DNA of 64,000 nucleotides, from positions 5,829-69,828 of the forward strand of contig QCDE01000005.1 of NCBI GenBank assembly GCA_003281005.1, in the 5' to 3' direction. The notes beneath the pieces were generated by a model. It saw only the letters and a list, made by a program, of their open reading frames with translations. It had not been told where the DNA came from and did not search any database. The position numbers and the translations under genes are program-made. The stretch is from Pelagibacteraceae bacterium AG-349-O05. GTDB taxonomy: Bacteria > Pseudomonadota > Alphaproteobacteria > Pelagibacterales > Pelagibacteraceae. Below, in pieces: positions 37,340 to 49,152 of this stretch (its first letter is position 1; every line of letters starts with the position of its first letter).

Positions 37340-38167
37340 ATGGATAGAAGAAAATTTTTGACATATATAGGTTGTGGATGTGGAAGTATACTTTTGCACT
37401 CTTGTTCTAGTGCTCCAATAACTGATCGAAAACAATTAAAAATTATACCTGAGGCTAAATTAAATGCACAGGCAGCTGAAATTTATGAAAAAGTTAAAGA
37501 AAAAGAAAAAATGAGTGATGACTTAAAAACATTAAATCAAATAAAAGAAATTGGTAAAAAAATGGAAGATTCTATTAGTGAATATTTTTATAGATCTAAT
37601 TTGAAAGATCCAACAGCAAATTTTGATTGGGAATATATTTTAATTGATAATAAAAAAGTAAGAAATGCTTGGTGTATGCCAGGTGGTAAAATAGCAGTTT
37701 ATACTGGTATTCTTGATGTTACTAAAAATACAAATGGTTTGGCTGCTGTTATGGGTCATGAAGTAGCTCATGCAGTTGCTAAACATTCTGTGGAAAGAGC
37801 AAGTCGAGGAGTGTTACTAAATACAGGTGCTAGAATAATTGATATAGCTAGTGGAGGTGTATTATCTGATATTAATAGAACAACAGGTATGGATACCGTG
37901 GGCATGTTGGCTCAATTAGGAATAATGAATCCATTCAATAGAAAACAAGAAAGTGAAGCTGATTATTTAGGTATGATTTTTTCATCTTTATCTGGTTTCG
38001 ATATTAGAGAGACAGTTAAAATTTGGGAAAGAATGAAAGAATTTAATAAAGGTAAAGAGCCACCTCAATTTATGAGTACTCACCCCTCATCAGACACAAG
38101 AATAAAGCAACTCAATGAATGGATGAATGAGGTTATTTTAGATTATCCACCAATTAATTTAAGTTAA
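37340..38167 (+). CDS. M48 family metallopeptidase, probable Tat-exported lipoprotein
   Basis: NAWCMPGGKI, HEVAH, ESEAD, STHP; N-terminal RRKFL and LHSC. Confidence 0.92.
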   Translation: MDRRKFLTYIGCGCGSILLHSCSSAPITDRKQLKIIPEAKLNAQAAEIYEKVKEKEKMSDDLKTLNQIKEIGKKMEDSISEYFYRSNLKDPTANFDWEYILIDNKKVRNAWCMPGGKIAVYTGILDVTKNTNGLAAVMGHEVAHAVAKHSVERASRGVLLNTGARIIDIASGGVLSDINRTTGMDTVGMLAQLGIMNPFNRKQESEADYLGMIFSSLSGFDIRETVKIWERMKEFNKGKEPPQFMSTHPSSDTRIKQLNEWMNEVILDYPPINLS

Positions 38168-38176
38168 TTGAATTAG

Positions 38177-38252
<76 letters not shown>

Positions 38253-38336
38253 CCAAATTATTCAAATTGAATAGTTGTTATATACAGAATTATTATTTTT
38301 TTTCAAATGACAATTTTAACCAAATCTATAAAGCCT

Positions 38337-39449
38337 CTACAACTTATCAATGTATTTATCGTGAAATTCATCAAAAGTACCTTCATTAATATTTTTTCTG
38401 ATGGAGGCCATTAATTCTTGATAAAAATTAATATTATTTAGCGTCAATAACATTGAGGCTAAAATTTCATTAGTATTAAATAAGTGATTTAAATAATTTT
38501 TTGAATATTTATTTAAATTGAGATTTTTGCAATTTGGATCAAGTGGGTTGTTGTCATTTTGATATTTCTTATTTTTAATATTGATTCTTCCCTGCCATGT
38601 AAAAGCCAAACCTGTTCTACCAGATCTAGTTGGCAATACACAGTCGAACATATCTATACCTCTTTTTACAGCACCCAAAATATCTGATGGAGTTCCAACA
38701 CCCATTAAATAGTGTGGTTTTTCAAAAGGTAAGTTTTCTTTAATATCATCTAAAACGTTAAACATTTCATGTTGAGTTTCTCCTACAGCTAATCCTCCGA
38801 GTGCATACCCATCAAAACCAATTTTAATTAACTCTTGAAGAGATTTTAATCTTAAATCTTTAAACAGACCTCCTTGGACTATACCAAATAAAGCTTTATG
38901 TGGATTTTTTCCAAATGCTACTTTAGATCTTTCTGCCCAGTAAAGTGATAAATCCATAGATTTTTTTATTACATTATAATCATTAGTTTTTTTTGGACAC
39001 TCATCCATAATCATCACAATATCAGAATTTAAACCCAACTGAATCCGTATACTCTCTTCTGGACTTAAGTAAAATTTTTTTCCATCAACATGAGAGTTAA
39101 ATATAGCACCCTTCTCTCTATCAATTTTATTTAATTTTGACAAAGACATGACTTGAAATCCACCAGAGTCAGTTAAAATAGGTAAATCACAATTCATAAA
39201 TTTATGGAGACCGCCAGCTGATTTAATTCTTTCAACACCTGGGCGTATCATTAAATGATATGTGTTTGAAAGTATTATTTCTGATCCAGTTTTTTTTATA
39301 TCATCTATCGTGCAAGCTTTTACCGTAGCTTGTGTTCCAACAGGCATAAATGCTGGGGTATGTATATTCCCACGATGAGTCTTTATTAATCCACACCTAG
39401 CAAAATTGTTTTTTTTTAAAACGTTAAAGGCAAATTTTTTTAATGCCAT
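38337..39449 (-). CDS. tgt: tRNA guanosine(34) transglycosylase
   Basis: TPAFMPVGT, NTYHL, TDSGGFQV, MDECP, GIVQGG, GGLAVGE, DMFDCVLPTR. Confidence 0.96.
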   Translation of the reverse strand: MALKKFAFNVLKKNNFARCGLIKTHRGNIHTPAFMPVGTQATVKACTIDDIKKTGSEIILSNTYHLMIRPGVERIKSAGGLHKFMNCDLPILTDSGGFQVMSLSKLNKIDREKGAIFNSHVDGKKFYLSPEESIRIQLGLNSDIVMIMDECPKKTNDYNVIKKSMDLSLYWAERSKVAFGKNPHKALFGIVQGGLFKDLRLKSLQELIKIGFDGYALGGLAVGETQHEMFNVLDDIKENLPFEKPHYLMGVGTPSDILGAVKRGIDMFDCVLPTRSGRTGLAFTWQGRINIKNKKYQNDNNPLDPNCKNLNLNKYSKNYLNHLFNTNEILASMLLTLNNINFYQELMASIRKNINEGTFDEFHDKYIDKL

Positions 39450-39457
39450 TAAAAAAA

Positions 39458-40018
39458 TTATTGAGATTTGAAACTAATAATTTTATCTGGATCAGTAACA
39501 GCACCATTATTGTTTTGGTCACCTCTTTTGATTTTATCAACAAATTCCATTCCTTCTATTACTTTTCCAAAAACTGTATATTGTCGATCTAAAAATGGAG
39601 CTGGCTGAAAACAAATAAAAAATTGACTATTTGCACTATCAGGATCTTGAGATCTTGCCATTGATAAAGTCCCTCTATCATGTGGTAAGCTATTAAATTC
39701 TTGCTTTAAATCTGGGAAGTCAGAACCACCCATACCAGCTCTTCTTAGGTCAAAATCTTTTGACACTGAATTGCCAAATTTTACATCTCCTGTTTGAGCC
39801 ATGAAACCATCTATAACTCTGTGAAAAACAACGTTATCGTATTTTCCACTATTTGCTAATTCCTTAATTCTTTTTACATGATTTGGTGCAACATCTTCGA
39901 ATAATTCAATTTTAACATCACCATCTTTTAATTTTAATATCATTATATTCTCCTCAGCTATTGATTGATTAGTAATTAAAAAAAACAAAATCAGTATTTT
40001 TATAAAAATTTTATTCAT
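39458..40018 (-). CDS. Cyclophilin-type peptidylprolyl isomerase with signal peptide
   Basis: FHRVIDGFMAQTGD, SMARS..P.SANSQFFI, YTVFGKV. Confidence 0.93.
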   Translation of the reverse strand: MNKIFIKILILFFLITNQSIAEENIMILKLKDGDVKIELFEDVAPNHVKRIKELANSGKYDNVVFHRVIDGFMAQTGDVKFGNSVSKDFDLRRAGMGGSDFPDLKQEFNSLPHDRGTLSMARSQDPDSANSQFFICFQPAPFLDRQYTVFGKVIEGMEFVDKIKRGDQNNNGAVTDPDKIISFKSQ

Positions 40019-40505
40019 ATTTATCTTTTAAAGATTTAATTGTACTTTTTGTAGTAAATTTTTTTATATCACCTTTTAATTTAACAATCTCTTTAACAAA
40101 TCTTGATGAAATGATTTGATTTTCTACATCAGACATTAAAAAAATTGTTTCTATATTTTGGTTCAATTTTCTATTCATACCAGCTAATTGAAATTCGTAC
40201 TCAAAATCAGATACAGCTCTTAATCCTCTTAAAATTATGTTTGAATTATATTTTTTACACAAATCAGTAGTTAAAGATCCAAAAGAAACAACTTTTATTT
40301 TTTTTCTATTTAACTTTAGATCTTTAAATAAAGCTTTATTTACTATTTCTATTCTTTCATCAGAACTAAATAAATAATCTTTGTTACTTTCGTCTGAGAC
40401 ACCTACTACTACTTTATCAAACAATTTTAATGATTTTTTTATTACATCTATATGACCAAAAGTAATTGGATCAAATGTTCCTGGATAAATTGCTATTTTA
40501 CTCAT
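40011..40505 (-). CDS. coaD: Pantetheine-phosphate adenylyltransferase
   Basis: YPGTFDPITFGH, RGLRAVSDFEYE, ISSRFVKE. Confidence 0.96.
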   Translation of the reverse strand: MSKIAIYPGTFDPITFGHIDVIKKSLKLFDKVVVGVSDESNKDYLFSSDERIEIVNKALFKDLKLNRKKIKVVSFGSLTTDLCKKYNSNIILRGLRAVSDFEYEFQLAGMNRKLNQNIETIFLMSDVENQIISSRFVKEIVKLKGDIKKFTTKSTIKSLKDKYE

Positions 40506-43084
40506 TAAATTAAATTATCATCAATTTTAATTGCCGAAACAACTTTTTCTTCTCCTGATAACTTAATTATTCTAACACCTTGGGTATTTCTGCCTGCAGT
40601 TCTAATTTCTTTAACCGCAACTCTTATAACCCTACCTTTGTTAGTAGAAATTAAAATTTCATCACCTTCAAAAACAGGGAAGGATGAAGTAATATTCCCA
40701 TTTCTTGGTGAATTTACTATTCCTATAATACCCTTTCCACCTCTGTTAGTAACTCTGTAATCTGTATGTGAGGTTTTTTTACCATAACCATTCTCACTTA
40801 TTGATAAAACAAATTTCTCTCTTGCTTTTAATTCAGATTTTTCATCTTTTGATTTTTTTCCGTTTTTATTAATTTTATCATTATCAATGACTGATAAAGA
40901 TACTATTTGATCATTTGATGCTAACTCTATTCCTTTAATTCCTTTAGAAGATCTGCCTTTAAAAACTCTTAGCTTCTTAGCTTCAAATCTAATACATTTT
41001 CCAAATTTTGTGCTTAAAATTACATCTTGATCATCTTTACAAATTTTGACACCTACAATTTTATCATTATTATCTAATTTCATTGCAATTTTTCCAGATG
41101 CATTAATTGATGAAAAATCTTCTAAACTATTTTTTCTTACTTTTCCCTGCGCTGTAGCAAAAATTATTTGATAATTTTTTAGGTCTGTTTCATCTTCAGG
41201 CATTGGCATAATTGAGCTTATTGCTTGGTGACTTTTTAAAGGTAAAATATTAAATAAAGACTTTCCTTTAGATGATGATGAGCCCTCTGGAATTTTCCAT
41301 GCCTTAATCTTATAAACTAAACCTTCGGTAGAAAAGAAGAGTACTGAAGTATGAGTATTTACAGATAATGTTTGAACAACAGAATCTTGATCTCGAGTTG
41401 TTATGCCTGATTTTCCCTTACCACCTCTTTTTTGTTTTTTTACTCCATCTAAAGAGCCTCTTTTTATGTATCCTTGTAATGTAACCGTAATTATTACTGA
41501 TTGTTTTTGTATAGTTTCTTCAATATCGTAATTTAAAACAGCATCTATAATTTTAGTTCTTCTTGGAATAGCAAATTTTTCTTTAATATTTTTTAATTCT
41601 TCACTGATTACTTTTAAAAGTTCTTTTTTTGATGAAATAATCTTTTTATATTTAATGATTAGCGCAGCTAATTTTTTAATTTCAACTTCGATCTCATTTA
41701 TTCCTAATGCAGTTAATTTTTGAAGTCTTAATTCTAAAATAGCTAAAACTTGTTGTTCAGATAAAGAATAAAGGTTTTTACCCTTTTTTCCCTCTACTAA
41801 AGAAATTAATTTTTGTGATTTGTTTATTTTCCATTTAGTTTTTAGAATTGCTATTTTAGCATCATCAGGTGTTTTAGATGATCTAATAATTTTTATTATT
41901 TTATCTAAATTTTCAACTGAAACTGATAATCCTATTAGTATATGAGCACGTTCCTCTGCTTTTTGAAGATCAAATTTAGTTTTCTTAATAACCAAATCTT
42001 CTCTAAATGTTAAAAAATTAGATAAAAAATCTTTTAGTGTGCAAGTTTGAGGTTTTCCTTCAACAATTGCTAAAGTATTAAAACCAAATGAGCTCTCTAT
42101 TTGAGTGTTTTTATATAATTGTCTCTTTATAGTTTCTGGTTCTACACCGTTTCTTAAATCTATTGCTACCCGAATACCTTCTCTGTTAGACTCGTCTCTA
42201 ATATCTCTTATTCCTTCTATCTTTTTTTCTCTTACTAACTGAGCAATCCTTTCGTTTAAAACGGATTTATTAACTTGATAGGGTATTGAAGTTATTACCA
42301 GTCTTTCACGTCCATTTTTTTGTTGTTCAATTGAGATTTCACCTCTTATCTTAAAGGACCCTCTTCCGTTTTTATACCCTTGTTTAATTATATCTTTACC
42401 TATAATTACACCACCGGTTGGAAAATCTGGACCAGGTATATGTTTCATTAACTCTCTAATTTTAATATCTTTATTATCTATTAAGGCCAAAGTACCATCT
42501 ATAATTTCACCTAAATTATGAGGAGGTATACTTGTTGCCATACCAACAGCAATACCACCTGCACCATTTACTAATAAATTTGGAAACTGTGCTGGTAAAA
42601 CACTTGGTTCTTTCTCAGTTTCATCATAATTGCTTTTGAACGTAATTGTATTTTTTTCAATATCATCAATCAGATATTGAGAAACTTTAGATAAACGAGT
42701 TTCGGTATATCTCATTGCAGCAGCAGGATCGCCATCTATAGAACCAAAATTTCCTTGGCCTTGAATTAACGGTAAACTCATAGAGAAATCTTGCACCATC
42801 CTAACCAAAGCATCATAAACGGATTGATCACCATGTGGGTGATATTTACCAATAACATCTCCGACTATTCTTGCAGATTTTCTAAATTGTTTAGACCAAT
42901 CATATCCGCCCTTGTACATTGCATATAAAATTCTTCTGTGAACGGGTTTTAATCCATCTCTTACATCAGGGAGAGCACGACTAACAATTACACTCATTGC
43001 ATAAGAAAGATATGATGAGCTCATCTCATCATGCATTGAGATTAATTTTATATTTTTATCTTTAAACTCTTCGGTATTTTTCAT
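40505..43084 (-). CDS. gyrA: DNA gyrase subunit A
   Basis: [25 protein letters not shown], GyrA-box QKRGGKG. Confidence 0.97.
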   Translation of the reverse strand: MKNTEEFKDKNIKLISMHDEMSSSYLSYAMSVIVSRALPDVRDGLKPVHRRILYAMYKGGYDWSKQFRKSARIVGDVIGKYHPHGDQSVYDALVRMVQDFSMSLPLIQGQGNFGSIDGDPAAAMRYTETRLSKVSQYLIDDIEKNTITFKSNYDETEKEPSVLPAQFPNLLVNGAGGIAVGMATSIPPHNLGEIIDGTLALIDNKDIKIRELMKHIPGPDFPTGGVIIGKDIIKQGYKNGRGSFKIRGEISIEQQKNGRERLVITSIPYQVNKSVLNERIAQLVREKKIEGIRDIRDESNREGIRVAIDLRNGVEPETIKRQLYKNTQIESSFGFNTLAIVEGKPQTCTLKDFLSNFLTFREDLVIKKTKFDLQKAEERAHILIGLSVSVENLDKIIKIIRSSKTPDDAKIAILKTKWKINKSQKLISLVEGKKGKNLYSLSEQQVLAILELRLQKLTALGINEIEVEIKKLAALIIKYKKIISSKKELLKVISEELKNIKEKFAIPRRTKIIDAVLNYDIEETIQKQSVIITVTLQGYIKRGSLDGVKKQKRGGKGKSGITTRDQDSVVQTLSVNTHTSVLFFSTEGLVYKIKAWKIPEGSSSSKGKSLFNILPLKSHQAISSIMPMPEDETDLKNYQIIFATAQGKVRKNSLEDFSSINASGKIAMKLDNNDKIVGVKICKDDQDVILSTKFGKCIRFEAKKLRVFKGRSSKGIKGIELASNDQIVSLSVIDNDKINKNGKKSKDEKSELKAREKFVLSISENGYGKKTSHTDYRVTNRGGKGIIGIVNSPRNGNITSSFPVFEGDEILISTNKGRVIRVAVKEIRTAGRNTQGVRIIKLSGEEKVVSAIKIDDNLI

Positions 43085-43089
43085 AGAAA

Positions 43090-43539
43090 TTAAAATGGAA
43101 TTTCATCATCCATATCTGACAATTGGGAAGAATCCTCAATGTTATTTTGTTGAGTTGTGTCATTTTGAATTCCACCACCAGAGTTTCCTCCACCCAACAT
43201 TGTCAGTGAAGAATTGTATCCTTGTATAACTATTTCAGTTGAGTATTTATCTTGTCCTGATTGTTCGTCTTTCCATTTTCTTGTTGTAAGTTGCCCCTCA
43301 ACATAAACTTGAGCACCTTTTTTTAAATATTGTTGAACAACATTTACTAAACCCTCGTTAAATACAACTACACGGTGCCACTCAGTTTTTTCTTTTCTTT
43401 CTCCTGTATTTTTATCTTTCCAGGATTGACTTGTTGCAAGGCTTAATCTGGCTACACTTTTACCATTCACCATTTGCTTAATTTCGGGATCTGCGCCCAA
43501 ACGACCAATTAATAATACTTTATTTAAACTTCCAGCCAT
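43090..43539 (-). CDS. ssb: Single-stranded DNA-binding protein
   Basis: [21 protein letters not shown]-terminal DDEIPF. Confidence 0.97.
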   Translation of the reverse strand: MAGSLNKVLLIGRLGADPEIKQMVNGKSVARLSLATSQSWKDKNTGERKEKTEWHRVVVFNEGLVNVVQQYLKKGAQVYVEGQLTTRKWKDEQSGQDKYSTEIVIQGYNSSLTMLGGGNSGGGIQNDTTQQNNIEDSSQLSDMDDEIPF

Positions 43540-43627
43540 AATATTTAATATTTGTTAAATTAGTTAATTAGAATTATACCACAATTCTTCTGAATATTAA
43601 TTTTATTAACTCAAAGCAACTAAAATT

Positions 43628-46480
43628 ATGATGAAAAAGATAGTTATTAAGGGCGCTAAAGAACATAATTTGAAGAATGTTACTGTAGAGATTCCAAAAA
43701 ACAAATTTGTGGTCATAACGGGTCTATCAGGGTCTGGAAAATCGTCTTTAGCTTTTGACACTATTTATGCAGAAGGTCAAAGAAGATATGTTGAAAGTTT
43801 ATCTGCATATGCACGTCAGTTTTTAGATAAAATGAAAAAGCCAAATGTTGATTTAATTGAAGGATTAAGTCCAGCTATCGCAATAGAGCAAAAAAATACC
43901 TCAAAAAACCCAAGATCTACTGTTGCAACTGTAACTGAAATATATGATTACATGAGGGTATTATACGCTAGAGCGGGTATCCCTTACTCACCATTTACTG
44001 GTAAACCAATAACCTCTCAAACAATTACACAAATAGTAGATTTAGTTAAAAAATTACCAAAAAAATCAACTATATATATTTATGCCCCAGTAGTTAGAGG
44101 TCGTAAGGGTGAATATAAAAAAGATATTTTAAGTTATAAAAGAAGAGGATTTAGAAAAATTAAAATTGATAATGTTTTATATGATATAGAAAAATCACCT
44201 AATCTAGATAAAAAGCTTAAACATGATATTTCAGTCTTAGTCGATAGAATAGTTTTAAATTCAAAACTTGGAAACAGATTAGCCGAAAGTATTGAAACAG
44301 CTGTAAATTTAGCTAATGGTTTAGTTTTTGTCGAATATGAGGATGAAACACTTCCACAGAAATTTAGAAAAATTGAAAAGTTAATTTACTCTACAAAGTT
44401 TGCTTGTCCTGAAAGTGGTTTTACAATTGAAGAAATTGAGCCAAGACTATTTTCATTTAATAGCCCCTATGGAGCTTGTGAAGAGTGTGAGGGAATTGGA
44501 ATGAAATTAAATGTTGATCCAAATTTAGTTGTTCCTGATGAAAGGAAAAGTTTAGCTGATGGAGCAATCGAACCTTGGTCAAAATCAACTACATTGTATT
44601 ATGCTCAAACTTTAGCATCTTTAGCAAAACATTATGGTTTTTCTTTAGATGAAAAATGGAAAAAATTACCAAAAAAAATTAAAGATATTATTCTTTATGG
44701 CTCAGATGAAGATGAGATTAAATTTAATTATGATGATGGATACGAGAAATATTCTTACAAAAAAACTTTTGAAGGTGTAATTAATAATCTTGAACGAAGA
44801 TTTTTAGAATCTGATAGCGAATGGAAAAGAGAAGCTATTGCTGAATATCAATCTGACACCGCATGTGAAGCATGTAATGGTGACAGATTAAAAGAAGAGG
44901 CATTATGTGTTAAAATCAATGATTTAAACATTAGTGAAGTAACAAAAAAATCTATTTTAGATGCAGCAGAGTGGTTTAAAAATTTAGAAAATAACCTTGA
45001 TAAAAGACAATTTAAAATTGCTGAACATGTTTTAAAAGAAATTAATGAAAGATTAAATTTTCTTCTTAACGTTGGTTTAGATTATTTAACACTATCAAGA
45101 GAATCTGGGACATTATCAGGTGGTGAAGCACAAAGAATAAGATTAGCTTCGCAGATTGGATCTGGTTTGACAGGTGTATTATATGTGTTGGACGAACCTT
45201 CAATTGGTTTACATCAAAAAGACAATGTAAAACTAATTAATGCATTAAAAAGATTACGAGATCTTGGTAATACTGTCATTGTTGTAGAGCATGACACTGA
45301 GACAATGGAAAATGCAGATCATATTATTGATCTTGGCCCTGAAGCTGGAAGTAATGGAGGAGAGATAACAGCACAAGGATCATATGAAGAAATTAAAAAA
45401 GATAAACATAGTATTACTGGACAGTATCTTGCTAACAAAAAAACAATTGAAATTCCAAAATCACGACGTTTAGCTAAAAATGGAAGATTTGTTGAAATCA
45501 ATGGTGCAAGTGGAAATAATTTGAATAATGTTAATCTTAAAATTCCAACCGGGACCTTTACATGTGTTACTGGTGTTTCTGGAAGTGGAAAATCTACACT
45601 AATATTACAAACATTATTTCATGCCTTAAATTTAACTTTAAATAATAAAGCAAGAAAAACGCCTAAATCATTTAAAGGTTATAAGGGGGTAGAATTAATT
45701 GATAAAATAATTGATATTGATCAGTCTCCTATCGGTAGAACTCCAAGATCTAATCCAGCAACATATACTGGTGCCTTTGGGCCTATAAGAGATTGGTTTA
45801 CAAGTTTACCAGAATCAAAAACGAGAGGTTATAAACCAGGAAGATTTTCCTTTAATGTTAAAGGAGGCAGATGTGAGGCTTGTGAAGGTGATGGTGTAAT
45901 CACATATGAAATGCATTTTTTACCTGATGTATATATACAGTGTGATGAATGTAAAGGAACAAGATATAATAGAGAAACTTTAGAAATCAAATTTAAAGGC
46001 AAAAGTATTGCCGATGTTTTAGATATGTCAGTTGATGAAGGATGTGAGTATTTTGAAAATATATCTAATATAAAAACGAAATTGTTAACTCTTAAAAAAG
46101 TTGGATTGGGTTATATAAAAATTGGTCAGCAAGCAACTACACTATCAGGAGGTGAAGCGCAACGAATTAAGCTTGCAAAAGAACTATCAAAAAGATCAAC
46201 AGGAAGAACAATGTATATATTAGACGAACCAACTACAGGATTGCATCAACATGATATTAAAAAACTTTTAGAGATACTTCATACATTTGTAAAACTTGGA
46301 AACACAGTAGTTGTCATTGAACATAATTTAGATGTAATTAAAACAGCAGATTACATAGTGGATATGGGTCCTGAAGGTGGTGTAAAAGGTGGTAATATTG
46401 TCGCCGAAGGAAAACCTGAAGAAGTATGCAAAGTTGAGGGAAGTTATACCGGACAATTTTTAAAACCTCTCTTGACCTAA
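43628..46480 (+). CDS. uvrA: Excinuclease ABC subunit A
   Basis: [18 protein letters not shown], two LSGGEAQRI signatures, GVSGSGKS. Confidence 0.97.
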   Translation: MMKKIVIKGAKEHNLKNVTVEIPKNKFVVITGLSGSGKSSLAFDTIYAEGQRRYVESLSAYARQFLDKMKKPNVDLIEGLSPAIAIEQKNTSKNPRSTVATVTEIYDYMRVLYARAGIPYSPFTGKPITSQTITQIVDLVKKLPKKSTIYIYAPVVRGRKGEYKKDILSYKRRGFRKIKIDNVLYDIEKSPNLDKKLKHDISVLVDRIVLNSKLGNRLAESIETAVNLANGLVFVEYEDETLPQKFRKIEKLIYSTKFACPESGFTIEEIEPRLFSFNSPYGACEECEGIGMKLNVDPNLVVPDERKSLADGAIEPWSKSTTLYYAQTLASLAKHYGFSLDEKWKKLPKKIKDIILYGSDEDEIKFNYDDGYEKYSYKKTFEGVINNLERRFLESDSEWKREAIAEYQSDTACEACNGDRLKEEALCVKINDLNISEVTKKSILDAAEWFKNLENNLDKRQFKIAEHVLKEINERLNFLLNVGLDYLTLSRESGTLSGGEAQRIRLASQIGSGLTGVLYVLDEPSIGLHQKDNVKLINALKRLRDLGNTVIVVEHDTETMENADHIIDLGPEAGSNGGEITAQGSYEEIKKDKHSITGQYLANKKTIEIPKSRRLAKNGRFVEINGASGNNLNNVNLKIPTGTFTCVTGVSGSGKSTLILQTLFHALNLTLNNKARKTPKSFKGYKGVELIDKIIDIDQSPIGRTPRSNPATYTGAFGPIRDWFTSLPESKTRGYKPGRFSFNVKGGRCEACEGDGVITYEMHFLPDVYIQCDECKGTRYNRETLEIKFKGKSIADVLDMSVDEGCEYFENISNIKTKLLTLKKVGLGYIKIGQQATTLSGGEAQRIKLAKELSKRSTGRTMYILDEPTTGLHQHDIKKLLEILHTFVKLGNTVVVIEHNLDVIKTADYIVDMGPEGGVKGGNIVAEGKPEEVCKVEGSYTGQFLKPLLT

Positions 46481-46529
46481 ATTTAACAACTTAAAAATAT
46501 TCAAAAATTAGTGTATAGTTTAAAGAATC

Positions 46530-47132
46530 ATGAGTAATTTATTATCATCGTTATCAAAAACAGTTCATGCATCACTAGCAATTGCTATTTTGTTGTTTTT
46601 AGGATTGTTTTATTTAAATGATGGAATAGCTTTTGATACACTATTTTGGAGCTGGTTGTTTAGATACATACATGTAATTGTTGCAATTATGTGGATTGGA
46701 TTACTTTGGTATTTTAACTTCGTTCAAATTCCAAATATGGGAAAAATTCCAGATGAACAAAAACCAGCTATTGGTAAAGTAATAGCACCAGCTGCATTAT
46801 TTTATTTCAGATGGGCAGCTGCATTTACTGTTCTTTCAGGTTTAATTCTTGCTCTTCTAAATGGATATCTTCATGATGCAATGATTCTAAGTATTGGTTC
46901 AGGTGTTCCTAAACATACTGCAATAGGTATTGGAATGTGGCTAGGAATTATAATGGCATTTAACGTTTGGTTTGTAATTTGGCCAAATCAAAAAAGAGCG
47001 TTAGGAATTGTCGAAAGTGATCCTGATACAAAAGCAAAATCAGCAAAAACAGCGATGCTATTTTCAAGAACAAATACTTTATTATCTTTACCAATGTTAC
47101 TTACAATGGTAATAGCTCAAAACTTATATTAA
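46530..47132 (+). CDS. Urate hydroxylase PuuD-like membrane domain protein
   Basis: RYIHV...MWIGLLWYFN, FRWAA..T..SG, IMAFNVWFVIWPNQK, SRTN. Confidence 0.75.
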   Translation: MSNLLSSLSKTVHASLAIAILLFLGLFYLNDGIAFDTLFWSWLFRYIHVIVAIMWIGLLWYFNFVQIPNMGKIPDEQKPAIGKVIAPAALFYFRWAAAFTVLSGLILALLNGYLHDAMILSIGSGVPKHTAIGIGMWLGIIMAFNVWFVIWPNQKRALGIVESDPDTKAKSAKTAMLFSRTNTLLSLPMLLTMVIAQNLY

Positions 47133-47136
47133 TTAA

Positions 47137-49098
47137 TTAATTTTGTAGCTCTAAAATATCTTTATATTGGTTTAAACTTTCTGGGTTAGCCAAAGCTTCT
47201 TTGTTTTTTATTGTAATTCCTTCAATTATATTTTTGACTGCTAACTCAACAATTTTACCACTTTTAGTTCTTGGTATATCATTTACTTGAATTATTTTTC
47301 TTGGAACATGTCTAGGTGATGCGTTTTTTCTAATTTGTAATTTCAATTTTTTTAATAAATTATCATCAAGTTGATACTCTGAATTTAAAATTACAAATAG
47401 AATTATTCGAACATCATTATCCCAAGATTGTCCAACAACTAAAGACTCTTTAATTTCTGTAAACCGCTCTACCTCAGAGTAAATTTCAGCAGTACCAAGT
47501 CTTACACCACCAGGATTTAAAGTTGTATCTGATCTTCCTGATATTATTAATCCATTATTATTTGTTATTTGTGCGTAATCACCATGGTGCCATATATTTC
47601 TATATTTATTAAAATAAGCTTTTTTAAATTTAGTATCTTTACGATCATTCCAAAATTTTGAGGGCATTGATGGAAAAGGATTAACACAAACCAATTCCCC
47701 TTTCTGATTTAAAATAGACTTTCCCTTTTCGTTAAATACTCGAACATCCATACCTAAACCTTTGCTTTGTATTTCTCCTGCATGAACAGGTTGATATAAA
47801 TTACCCAAAACAAAACAAGAAACAATATCTGTTCCTCCTGAAATAGATGCCAAATGAACATTTTTTTTAATATTCTTATATACAAATTTAAAACAATCTG
47901 ATGATAATGGAGATCCAGTAGAGCAAATAGTTCTAAGTTTTTCTAGCTTATAAATTTTTTTAAGGTTTTTTTTTGTTTTTCTTAATGCATCTATATATTT
48001 AGCACTAACTCCAAATAAGGTTATATTTTCTTTATTGGCTATTTTTACAAGAAGATCATCACGTTTATACATAGGGAAACCATCGAATAATACAATTGAT
48101 GCTTTTGAGGCTAGAACTGAAATTAACCAATTCCACATCATCCACCCACATGTTGTAAAATAAAAAACATTATCATTTTCTTTAATATTACAATGTAGTT
48201 GATGTTCTTTTAAATGCTGAATTAATACACCACCATTTTTATGGCAAATACATTTAGGTTTGCCTGTTGTACCACTAGAATAAAGAATTGCTAAATCATG
48301 TTCAAAATCAAATTTAGGAAATTTAAATTTTGAAACATTTTCTTTAATAATATTGTTCCAATAATGTGTTTTGATATTTTTATATTTTGGTTTTTTTTTT
48401 AAAACAGGCTGACCTGGATAAATGGATATAATTACATGCTTTATAGAAGGAATTTTTTTTATTATTTCAGGAATTCTCTCTAAAATATTAATTTTTTTTC
48501 CATTGTAAAAATATTGATCAGTAACAATTAAAATTTTCGGTTTAATTTGAGAAAATCTCTCTATAACACCATTAATTCCAAAATCTGGCGAACATGAAGA
48601 CCATATAGCTCCAATAGCAACAGAGCCCAAAAATGCCTCTACTGTTTCAGGTATATTTGGCATATAAGCTGCTATTCTATCTTTTGGCTTAACATTTAAT
48701 TTTTTAAAATTATTTGAAATATTTTTTACATTTTCATTTAATTCATTCCAATTTCGTATTTCGCGATAACCATTTTCACTAATAAAAGTAATTGCTTTAT
48801 CTTTTGTATTTTTTGAAAGTAAATTTTCAGAAAAATTTAATTTTGAGTATGGTAAAAAAATATTCCTAAAAAAAATTTTTGATTTTTTAATTTTAGTATT
48901 ACCCTTTACCCCCTTTACATTTGTGAAATCCCACACACTACTCCAGAAATCACCTTGGTTTTTCACCGACCAATCATGAATTTTTTTAAAATTTTCATTA
49001 AATTTTTTATTAAATTTTTTGGATATAAATTTTTCAAATTTGAATAAATTTGATTTTTTTTTTGTTTTATTGGATGGATACCAAAGTTTTGTATTCAT
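47137..49098 (-). CDS. Acetoacetate--CoA ligase
   Basis: WSSCSPDFG, YSSGTTGKPKCI, TTCGWMMWNW, SISGGTD, GRSD.TLNPGGVR.GTAEIY. Confidence 0.92.
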   Translation of the reverse strand: MNTKLWYPSNKTKKKSNLFKFEKFISKKFNKKFNENFKKIHDWSVKNQGDFWSSVWDFTNVKGVKGNTKIKKSKIFFRNIFLPYSKLNFSENLLSKNTKDKAITFISENGYREIRNWNELNENVKNISNNFKKLNVKPKDRIAAYMPNIPETVEAFLGSVAIGAIWSSCSPDFGINGVIERFSQIKPKILIVTDQYFYNGKKINILERIPEIIKKIPSIKHVIISIYPGQPVLKKKPKYKNIKTHYWNNIIKENVSKFKFPKFDFEHDLAILYSSGTTGKPKCICHKNGGVLIQHLKEHQLHCNIKENDNVFYFTTCGWMMWNWLISVLASKASIVLFDGFPMYKRDDLLVKIANKENITLFGVSAKYIDALRKTKKNLKKIYKLEKLRTICSTGSPLSSDCFKFVYKNIKKNVHLASISGGTDIVSCFVLGNLYQPVHAGEIQSKGLGMDVRVFNEKGKSILNQKGELVCVNPFPSMPSKFWNDRKDTKFKKAYFNKYRNIWHHGDYAQITNNNGLIISGRSDTTLNPGGVRLGTAEIYSEVERFTEIKESLVVGQSWDNDVRIILFVILNSEYQLDDNLLKKLKLQIRKNASPRHVPRKIIQVNDIPRTKSGKIVELAVKNIIEGITIKNKEALANPESLNQYKDILELQN

Positions 49099-49152
49099 AA
49101 AATAATTATAATATTGTGAAGTATTATAATGTAATTTTTAAATTTTTAATGA

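Noticed and set aside
42815-42845. GyrA HPHGDQS (Gln at the Ser83-equivalent position) as acquired quinolone resistance
   Set aside because: Non-Ser residues at this position occur naturally in alphaproteobacterial GyrA
43540-43627. LexA (SOS) box between ssb and uvrA
   Set aside because: No GTTC-N7-GTTC or GAAC-N7-GAAC match visible
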